Positions 53,959 to 64,000 of a stretch of 64,000 bases of DNA are shown here, one piece after another. The first letter of the stretch is position 1. Each line of letters starts with the position of its first letter. Both the position numbers and the translations under genes were made by a program. Location of the stretch: assembly GCF_006345805.1 (NCBI RefSeq), contig NC_043005.1, forward strand, positions 66,464,001-66,528,000. The letters run 5' to 3'. Below the pieces are notes generated by a model. It had not been told where the DNA came from and did no database searches. It saw nothing but the letters and a program-made list of their open reading frames with translations. This DNA comes from Octopus sinensis. Taxonomy: Eukaryota.

Positions 53959-56900
53959 GTGTGTGTGTGTGTGTATGTTTGTGGGCCTGTGTTTGTCCCC
54001 CACCATCGCTTGACAAGCGATGTTGATGTGTTTACGTCCCCGTAACTTAGTGGTTCGGCAAAAGAGAACCGACAGAATAAGTATTAGCCTTACAAAGAAT
54101 AAGTCCCGGGGGCGATTTGCTCGGCCACTTTGAAGCTTCTCGATCCACTCATACCCACTTCTACACGCTAGTGCACCGTCCCTTTGTTGTGCTAAAAGCC
54201 TCCGATGAATTTCAGCACCTGCCATACCTTCTGTTCAGAGAAATCGGATCACTGCTGTTTGTTCTTCTTTGGTGCTCACACTTTAAAACCAGAAAACAAA
54301 ATGGCACGGTCAGGCTCAATCTTCGATTATGTGACCATAATAGTACTAACTGTAAGCACGCATGCGCAGAAGGCAGTGTGACAATAAAAAGACATGTTAT
54401 GGTGAAAGTGCAAATAATTTTTTACTTCTCGTATATATATTTCCGTAAAGATACACACGTATGATTGCATCTGCTTTACGTACAGCACTTAAACTATACA
54501 GGTTTCGGCTCAAATGTGAATTGTCTGTGGGCGAGTGACGGTGGCAGTTTAACGCGATTACCATTATAAAACGTACATATTTGCATGCAAATATAATTAC
54601 GAATATTTATTTCGCCCCACTGAATGTGCGTGTATATGTAAGTGTATGCATATGTATTGTCATCCTGTGCCTATGCGTGTGCGCTCGTATGTGAAAGGAT
54701 AGGATTGGTTACTGACTGGAAGTCTTAGTAGAGGCTGTGTTGATGCCATTATCTCTTAGTGGTTTATTGCACTCCATTATCTTGGCGGCCAGCTATCTTC
54801 CCACCCACTACACACCTCTCATAAAGTCAAGTAAAACTAATTTAAGTCCCCTTTCTATGTCCAGTGACTAACCTCTACCCTTACAAACACCAGTCCATCC
54901 TGTAATTATGTCGGTCAGTTTCCAAGCCTACCCCCTATATCTCCTTCTCACTCTCTGGCATTTATCTTTCCATGCGTTTAAATTTGGTTGCTGCAAGGTT
55001 TCATACTTGTATTCCTTCTTCAGCTGTCTGATGATGTGTCTGCTCACCATGCCGACCTTATAGAGTACGTTTACTGTGTGGCGTCATGTGTTACTGACTA
55101 CTGAAAGATATGTCACAGATGAAATAATAAAGGAATGTCAAAACAATACCATGTTCTTTTCTGTTATCGTGTATATGTATTTGATTAAAGAACATCTATA
55201 CAGGACCAAGGCGTTTCACAGTGAAGCATGCCATAAATTGGTTAGACAGAGAAACGTAAAAGTAGTTAAATTATGTATTATTTTAGCACAGAATGTAGCG
55301 ATGAAAGAAGTTTACTGGTGTTCGATAATCTGCAAATGCATTAATATCCAACATATTCAAAATTATCCAACGATGAAAAGAGACTTAAATGTTGCTAAAA
55401 ATACGATAAAAACAGACGAATGGTTTATCTGGTATTGCTGCAATTTTTCCGTTAGGAAGTTTCTATTGTGGCATAAACATAATACAATTGGTGAGATTGC
55501 ATAATATGTTACATAACTCCCAGCTCCTCAGGCTGCCAAATAAACATTGACTTGCTGATTCGTAAACGTATCAACAAATGAAATTTTAAATCAGAATTAC
55601 CTACATTTAGAAAATTTAAGTTGATTGTATCTTCGACCTGCCAACCTAGAACTGTGTTAATTGGAATAAGTTTGTAAATATAAGGACAGTTAAAGGCGAA
55701 AGAAGTCATTAAGTCTAGTGAACTCGTTCACAAAGGTTACTTATTGCAGAACGTACTCGAACACTGCTGATAACATGCGCTAAGCATGGACTTTGACCCT
55801 ATCAAAGCAAGATCAAATGCAGCAGCCAACGTTGCTGCAAAAACCATTTATTGTAATATATTACTTTGAAGTTAGCGTTAGTTTTATATTCAAGAACTTC
55901 ATCTTCATAGAAGTGTTCAGACAGAAAATTACCGAACTGGTAGAATATTAGCATAATCTAATGAAGCTTCATCTGATTATAATACAAGGAGAAATGTTTA
56001 GAGCAAAATAAATTAACTAAGTTTTCTGCGAAATTCTAGACGACTGAGGGGTGAAAGAAGAATAAGGAGGAAAAAGAAAAGAAATATATAAAACAAAATA
56101 AGAAATTAAGTAGAGAGAAAATATTTTCTTTCGACTATGGCTGATATAGATATGCATATTAGCAATAATTATAACGATAGAGAATTCAGAGACTGGTACA
56201 ACCTCAAAATTTATTTCCCTTTATTTTACAATGTCATACAGCATATTTTATGGTTACGACGACATTCAAGCGTTTCCACTGCACAGATTATGAGCAGTTG
56301 CACATGCAACCGGGCATAATTATCTGTGCAGCTTAGTTCAGGGTCTTTCAATCAGCTTGGTTCGAGGCGGATTGTAAAATAAAAAGGAAATACATTTTGA
56401 GGACGTACCAGTTTCCATATTCTCTAACGTTATAATTATTGCTAATATTATTTCTTTATTGCCCACAAGGGGCTAAACATAGAGGGGACAAACAAGGACA
56501 GACAAAGGGGTTTAGTCGATTACATCGACCCCAGCTTCTAACAAATATCACAATTAAAGCCTAAGTAACTTTAAATCTTTTCAACAGACTATAACATAAA
56601 GGATATTTCTGAATGTTCAAACATTTACTAGACCTTCGAGAGCCTAGAATCTAGCATATACAGTTGTGATCAATCCTGAAACTTTGCATGTTTGAAGATC
56701 TACGTATTGTCTATCACTTGAGAAAATTAGAAAACTAATAATACTACTTCTTAGCGCATAAGAAGAGCTTTTTGATTCAGAGAATTTAAAAGAATATTCG
56801 CTTGTTAAGTATGGCCTGACAAAGTTATAAAACTCTTTGATTAAGCTCGTGTCATTCAATTTTTGCTAATTGTGGCTAAATTTCAAACGTTGATAACTTG

Positions 56901-57272
56901 TTGAGCGGATTGGTCTCAAAGTTTCAGATCTTCCTTATAGAAGCTTTCTGTGGTTAAATTTAAAAGCCAATCTGATATGTGACTCGTGGGTACTTTTGAA
57001 AAATTCGTTAATTTCATACATAGATAAATATATATGTATGTTATATAACAGATGTTAGGGTTATCTAGCACTACTACAGTTGTTTCCTTAATTGTTTTAT
57101 GACGTAAACATGGTACAGTCAAGTATGTAGTATTCACAATATCCATAAAAAACCATGCAATGCAATACGCAGCTCTCAAAACACCAAGCTGGACAAATAT
57201 ATATAAACAAGCAGTGACATGCGCACGAACCAACAGTTCATCAGCTCGTGAGTTTCGAATTAGTATTATAAA

Positions 57273-57298
57273 TCTCTCAATATATAAAACTGAGAATG

Positions 57299-57329
<31 letters not shown>

Positions 57330-60300
57330 GTGTCTGTGTGTTTCCCTAAAACTTGAGAACTACACAACCAATTTCATTCAAATTTTACACATGCCTTACT
57401 TAAGGTCCGGGGAGTGTCATCGGCAAAATAAATCTTAACTTTTTCCCTAGGGCGACCCCACAGCAATATCATATCTTCTCCACTATTTCAGTATTACGTG
57501 TTAAAAGTGAAAAAAAAAACATCTCTCTTTTGTAATGCAGACACTTTCACTATTAAAGTGAAAGTATTATATAACAAGGATGAACCATTAACAATGGTCA
57601 TCCATTTTGCTAGAAGATCCGCTATGGTCTTATATGCTACACCACTGGCTTTCAATTCATATTAATCAAATTAATATTCAATTTTTCGCCCTTATTATGT
57701 GTGCGTGTGTATTAGCAATTCGTATAAAATTGCATCAATGACTTGAACTTGAATAAGTGGTTTCACATAAATGGGGATAAATTAAAAAGGTTTGTTGTTA
57801 TTATTATTACTGTTTGACTATTGTAATCACGTTTGTTGGTTCCTCGTCAGGGAAACGTTGTTGTGTTGCATTTGTTAAATAATTGTAAACCGTAACCCTC
57901 CCCCTTTCGGAGAAGGGGTTTTGGTTATTGCTTAAAAATTGAATTGTGTCCCTGTTTGGGGAAATTGACAATATTTTCACCGTCTTTACGGAAGCAATTT
58001 TGTTAAAATGCCTTCGATAGAAGAAAGTCCAAAAATGAATTTCGCTGCAGCCGTACACTTCTATACAAGAGGGAGGACAAGATCCAATTGATCGAAATTG
58101 CAAGAGACGGGCCTACAATTACAGTCTGTTTTATATTTTGAGTATTGTCATCACTAGCGATATCAAGATATAACTTTGTATTTTGTATTTTATGTGTAGA
58201 TGTATATATATAGATGTACATGTAATATGTACACATATATATACACATATATACATGCATAATATATCTACCCATACACACATACGCACACACGCACACA
58301 CCCATACATAGGGGCAGGTGTGGCTGTGTGGTAACAAATTACGTTCCAAACACATGGTCCTGGGTTCAGTCCCACTGTGTGGTGACTTGGCATATGTCTT
58401 CTGCTGTAGCCTCAGACCAACAAAAGCCTTCTCAGTGGATTTTGTACATATATACAGGCATACATACATATATATATACATGCATACGTACATATTCGGC
58501 ATAAACACTCTACCACTACAACTAATAACTGTTGGGAACACTTTCAAACCTGCCTTACATTCGAACCAGAATCTCAACGCCCGAGTTTTCCATCTCAAGT
58601 TAATCTCTCTCATGGAGCTCATACAAAAAGGGCAAGTCTTTGGGCCCATACAATGTGACATGTACACAATCGAGTGGCAAAAAAGGGGCCTTCAACATGC
58701 TCATATCCTGCTTTGGCTCTCAGCGAAGATCAATTCCAATGACATCGACAACATAATCTCTGCAGAGCTTCCTGATCCAGCTTTAGACAAAGAACTATAC
58801 GAAATAGTTAAGGCAAACATGGTACATGGTCCATGTGGGCGTGGATTCAACAAAAACTCACCATGCTTGAAGGACAGCATGTGTTCAAAAAAATTTCCAA
58901 GGAGGTTCCTACAAGAAACTCAGACAGGTGCTGATGGGTATCCATCATACAGACGCAGAAAACCAGAAGACAGAGGTTTCACAGCAATTATCGGACAGCA
59001 CGATATTGATAATAGATGGATTGTTCCATACTGCCCACTCCTGTCAAAGACTTTCGATGCCCACATCAACGTTGAGTTTTGCAACTCCGTTAAATCCATC
59101 AAGTACGTTTGCAAATATGTAAACAAGGGTTCTAACGCTGCAATGTTTGGACTTCAACAAGAATACTGCCAGGATGAGGTGACGCATTATCAGGTGGAAC
59201 GGTACATAAGTAGCAACGATGCTTTCTGGCGCATCTTTGGCTTTCCAATTCACCAACGACACCCCGCCATTCAACAGCTTGCAGTGCACCTGGAAAATGG
59301 TCAAAGAGTGTACTTCACCGATGCTAATGCTCTTCTGTTGGCAGAGGAACCAAGGGATAGCACGCTCACTGCATTCTTCAAGCTTTGTCAAGTGGATCCA
59401 TTCGCTCAAACCTTGCTGTATCCACAGATTTCATCGTACTACACTTGGAATGGAAAAAATGGGCCCCACGGAAAGCAGGTCAAAATGTTCATGGATACCC
59501 TGGCATTAAGTTTCACACTTGCCTTGGGTGCATCCCACTCAACAAGAGTGCTTCTACCTTCGTCTACTACTGCATGAGGTCAGGGCCAACGTCTTTCCAG
59601 GCCCTAAAAACCGTTCATGGACATGCCTGCACAACATACAGAGAAGCCTGCTATCGAAAAGGTCTGTTAGAAGATGGTGCACAATGGGATGCAACTTTAG
59701 GAGAGGCTGCTTTATCACAATCACCTAAAAGTCTCAGGGCACTATTTGCACTATTACTACAGGCATGCGAACTGTGTGATCCGACCACTGTATGGCTCAA
59801 ATATAGAGACAACCTGTCTGAAGACTTTCAGCGCCAAGCTCAACTGCTCTATCCTGACATGGAGGGTATCAGCTATGAAATCTATAACAAAACACTCATT
59901 GACATTGAAGACAGAATTGCTAAACTGGGTGGAAATGAATTGTCGACGTATGGCCTGCCACAAGCATTCAGGTCAGGGTCAAATAGCCTTCCCACTGCTG
60001 TCATTCGTGAAACAACCTACGACACTCAAGCACTTTCAAAGTACATTGTTGAAAATGAGCCTAAAGTACTTCCGGACCAGCTGCAGGCCTACAGAGCTAT
60101 TCTTAACAGTGTACGCCAACGCGAGGGACGAATCTTCTTCCTCGATGCTCCTGGAGGGACAGGAAAAATATTTATTACAAAGTTTCTCCTTGCAGAAGTT
60201 AGACAGCATCAAGACATTGCAGTAGCTGTAGCCTCCTCTGACATTACAGCTACTTTGTTACCCGGTGGCAGGACAACACACTCAAATTTTAAACTCCCTC

Positions 60301-61294
60301 TCAATTTAGCAGCATACGAAACGCCTTCATGCAGCATCAACAGAAGCTCAGATCAGGGACAAGTACTTAAAATGTGTCATCTAATTATCTGGGATGAGTG
60401 CGCTATTGCTCACAAGGGAGCTAGCTTTGGAAGCATTAGATAGAGCCCTGAATGACATCTGAGACTGTCAGGCTCCAATGGGAGGGGTAACGCTTCTGTT
60501 GTCAGGTGATTTCAGGCAAACTCTTCCTGTCATTTTGAAAGGCACTAGAGCAGATAAAGTCCAAGCATGCCTAAAGTCCTCTAATCTGTGGCATCATGTT
60601 ACAATCCTCAGTCTCACCACTAACATGAGAGCTCAGCTACACGGCGACAAAATGTCCACAAAGTTTGCACAGGACATCTTGACACTTGGTGAAGGCGATG
60701 CCACTCGATGCTGCCGGACAAATGGAAGTGTTGTCATTTTCCTATGTTGTTAATTCTGTAGATGACCTCAAAAACAAAGTCTTTCCCAACTTCACACAAA
60801 ACTACCAAAATCACAATTGACTGTGTGAAAGAGCAATATTAGCTCCAAAAAACGTCGCTGTTAACAAAATTAATCAACAGCTAATGCATTCTCTTCCCGG
60901 CACTATACACACTTACAAGTCTGTTGATACAATTCCAGATATAAATGAAGTTATGAACTATCCTCCTGAATTTCTCAATTCACTGGAGCCTCCTGGACTA
61001 CCACCACACATATTAGCACTTGAAGTTGGAACTCCTGTAATGCTACTCCGCAATCTGGAACCACCAAGACTTTGCAATGGAACACGACTGGTGATAAAGA
61101 AAATGATGTCACACGTTATCGAGGCGATCATTCTTTCTGGATGTGGAAAAGGTGATGTCTTTATTCCAAGAATTCCTCTTTCTCCATCAGGAGCAGAAAT
61201 TCCATTTACATTCAGAGGACTGCAATTCCCCCTTCGTGTCAGCTCTGCCATGTCCATTAACAAATCGTCTATCTGCCTGCCAACTAAATTCTGA
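57273..61294 (+). mobile_element. Helitron relic: 5' TC terminus plus RepHel region
   Basis: A|TCTCTCAATATATAAAACTGAGAATGTGTCTGTCTG is a Helitron-like 5' end with (GTCT)n. No 3' CTAG terminus was found, and linkage of the terminus to the ORF is inferred. Confidence 0.6.
58500..61294 (+). pseudogene. Helitron Rep/PIF1-like helicase, frameshifted
   Basis: HUH-like EWQKRGLQHAH, HGPCG, DNRWIVPY, KYVCKYVNKG; helicase DAPGGTGK, GGRTTHS, IIWDE, SGDFRQTLPV, MLLRNL..CNGTR, AMSINKS. Confidence 0.93.
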
Positions 61295-61595
61295 ACTCAC
61301 GTCGTTGGCTTGTCACCAGGAACCGATTTTCCTGTTGAATCCTACAGTAAAATTACCTTGTTGGGGAGGGGTTATGCCAATTTAAAAAAAAAATCTTTGA
61401 ATTGTTATGCTGCTGTTTGCCGTAGCTATTCAAAGTAAACATAAGTGAATTGTCGCCTGAAGTGGTCTACTTTGAAAAAAAAAATGTTCGACTGTCCTTA
61501 AGGTTGTTTTGTAACGAAAAAAAAATGCAATTGTCTTTAAAATTATATACACCGTATATCTTTGAAAAATATTTCCTAAGCTTCAGTATATATAT

Positions 61596-61694
<99 letters not shown>

Positions 61695-61754
61695 CATATA
61701 CACATATGTATATATATACATATATGTAAATATATATATATATATATATATATT

Positions 61755-62080
61755 TCATCGAAAATTTTCACCGGAAATTTTATCCAAAAATGTTTCGAAA
61801 ATTTTACCCAAAATTTTCACCAAAAATTTTCTCGAAAAGTTTCCCCAAAGATTTTTTACCGAAAATTTTTCGAAAATTTTGCCCCAAAATTTTACGAAAA
61901 TTTTCCGAAAATTTTCAACGAAAATTTTCCCCAAAAAATTTACCCAAAAAATTTTTAGAAAAGTTTTGCCGAAAATTTTCCCCAAAAATATTTCCAAAAT
62001 TTTCCTCAAATATTTTTCGAAAATTTTCATCGAAAATTTTCCCCAAAAATTTTTCGAAAATTTCCACCGAAAATTTTACC
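61755..62080. repeat. GAAAATTTTC-core minisatellite array I
   Basis: Units of 11-14 bp built on AAAATTTT. Confidence 0.9.
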
Positions 62081-62289
62081 CAGTAGACCACTGTGTTTAC
62101 TTTGTATAGCTACGGCAAACGTTGTAAACCATTCAGCTATGCTCGTTCTCTTTCAACTGGAATTTAACCCCTGACCAACCCTAAATTATTGGACATTTTG
62201 GTCGTGGCCATCCCGCTTTGATGTAAATCCAATACTGCATTGTTCAGTTTGACTTTAAAAAAAAATCGGCTGCTATTTCTAACAGTTCG

Positions 62290-62321
<32 letters not shown>

Positions 62322-62492
62322 ATAAGCGGGATCAGCCATCTGAATGTGGCTAGGGACAGGGCGGGGTGGTGGGGGTGTTACTGATGCATTTAGCCCCAGG
62401 CGACTATTGACGTCACCAGAAGAGCCGACACCATCACGGTGTCCTTGCTGGCCTGCAAAGGGAGATCAGCCTCCCCGAAGATACGGATGCTA

Positions 62493-62535
62493 CACACGGA
62501 CCGGTTTCGAGGTAATCGCCTCTCGTCAGCGCATG
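62493..62535 (-). ncRNA. Minimal type I hammerhead ribozyme, canonical core
   Basis: Minus strand reads CATGCG-CTGACGA-GAGG-CGATTA-CCTC-GAAA-CCGG-TC-CGTGTG. Stem I is 6 bp (two G-U), stem II is 4 bp, stem III is palindromic ACCGGT, GUC site between 62499 and 62498. Confidence 0.85.
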
Positions 62536-62766
62536 GCAAGCACCGTTCTTCGTTGAGGGACTTCCTGTACAGGCCAGATATATATAGATTTTCACAGTAA
62601 CCACAGGCACTGGCGTAGAAAATCTGTTCGAAAACAATAATAAATCTCTGAGCGAGGTATAAGCAGTAACTGCTCTTTGATGTAAATCCAATACTGCATT
62701 GTTCAGTTTGACTTTAAAAAAAAATCGGCTGCTATTTCTAACAGTACGTATATATATACATTTATG

Positions 62767-62838
<72 letters not shown>

Positions 62839-62855
62839 TGTATGTATATATATAT

Positions 62856-62903
<48 letters not shown>

Positions 62904-62909
62904 TATATA

Positions 62910-63590
62910 TTTCACCGAGAATCTTAACCAAAAATTTTCGAAAATTTTCACCGATAATTTTCTCCAAAAACTTTTCGAAAATTTTACCCAAGATTTTCAC
63001 CGAAAATTTTCTCGAAAAAAATCCCCAAAAATTTTTGGAAAACTTTCACCGTAAATTTTAACCAAAAATTTTACGATAATTTTCCGCCAAGATTTTTCGA
63101 AAACTTTTGCCGAAAATATTCCCCAAAAATTTTTCGAAAATTTTCATTGAAACTTTTACCAAAAAATTTTTGGAAAACTTTCACCGAAAATTTTAACCAA
63201 AAATTTTACGATAATTTTCCGCCAAAATTTTTCGAAAACTTTTGCCAGAAATTTTACCCAAAATTTTTCGAAAATTTTCGCCGAAAATTTTTGCCGAAAA
63301 TATTCCCCAAAAATTTTTCGAAAATTTTCACTGAAAAATTTTACCAAAAACTTTTTCCAAAATTTTCACCGAAAATTTTCCCTAACAATTTTTCGAAAAT
63401 TTTCACGGAAAATTTTCCCCAAAAATTTTTCGAAAATTTTCACTGAAAAATTTTACCAAAAACTTTTTCCAAAATTTTCACCGAAAATTTTCCCTAACAT
63501 TTTTCGAAAATTTTCACGGAAAATTTTCCCCAAAAATTTTTCGAAAATTTTCACTGAAAAATTTACCCAAAAATTTTTGAAAAATTTAAA
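62910..63590. repeat. GAAAATTTTC-core minisatellite array II with an ~111-112 bp higher-order period
   Basis: CACTGAAAAATTT recurs at 63329, 63441 and 63552; same orientation as array I. Confidence 0.9.
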
Positions 63591-64000
63591 AACAATTGTT
63601 TTTTCTGAAAACTTATGATCGACTGTTAGATGGTATATAGAGGAAATTTATTTGTAAAATGAGAGGAAAATTGTATGGTATAAGCCATAATAAAAAGGAA
63701 TACGGGTGGGGTACTAATCGCGTAGACTGGACCCGGTGCGCGCATCCGCGCTAGCCAGCCGATTCTATAGCGACTTGCGTATGCAAAACATTTTTTTTTA
63801 AAGTAGACCACTACTAGTAGACCACTGTGTTTACTTTGAATAGCTACGGCAAACTTCGTTTGTTTTTAACCAGACGTAAAGTAACCCTTTACTTCATAGA
63901 AATGTTTTATTTCTACGTGGGGGCAATTTGTTTATTATAAGTTTACGTTGAAGAGACTTGGTCGTTGACAGGAGCCTCATAAGTTAACGCAGTGTACCAT

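Larger units (their letters stand above)
52155..54125 (+). mobile_element. SINE split at its internal (TA)n tract by the Tc1 element
   Basis: Head and 5' body at 52155-52312; 3' body at about 53955-54125. Confidence 0.8.
61415..63854. mobile_element. Unclassified element bounded by inverted termini GTTTGCCGTAGCTATTCAAAGTAAACA
   Basis: Left terminus at 61415; right termini end at 62120 and 63854; no TSD is evident. Confidence 0.55.

Noticed and set aside
56640-57100. Two adjacent minus-strand ORFs that read like a protein
   Set aside because: They are in different frames, AT-rich, and have no recognisable motif or clear splice sites.
55030-57250. Isolated CTGATGA motifs (about 55030 plus, about 57240 minus)
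   Set aside because: There is no downstream GAAA in a foldable context.
63822-63830. RSS heptamer CACAGTG in the inverted terminus (Transib/RAG-like)
   Set aside because: The shared inverted repeat extends 25 bp beyond CAC and there is no nonamer, whereas Transib-type ends begin at CAC.

Overview
AT-rich, repeat-saturated eukaryotic DNA. The SINE, MITE and LINE repertoire looks like octopus (cephalopod) intergenic or intronic sequence; this is recognition from repeat sequences, not a database result. No host protein-coding exon could be supported, and most of the supplied ORFs are translations of microsatellites. Recognisable elements: many tRNA-derived SINEs of several modular families; a young 5'-truncated L1/Tx1-clade LINE with a long open RT frame (46.3-48.8 kb, minus); several R4/Dong-like RLE LINE copies lying in (TAA)n tracts; CR1 and Gypsy RT fossils; an IR/DR-type Tc1 element with a dead transposase (52.3-53.9 kb); mariner, pogo/Tigger and piggyBac-like relics; a decayed Helitron RepHel (57.3-61.3 kb); and an unclassified inverted-repeat element carrying GAAAATTTTC arrays (61.4-63.9 kb). 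The most notable signal is a set of type I hammerhead ribozyme motifs of the Penelope-like (PLE) minimal, dimeric kind, at five loci plus several decayed ones. Two have a canonical core (2074-2161, 62493-62535). Three dissimilar loci share a non-canonical CCGANGA (U4C) core, and one of these has a 59-nt loop II containing an anti-core sequence. A GC3-rich decayed reading frame of unknown origin lies at about 8.0-8.8 kb.
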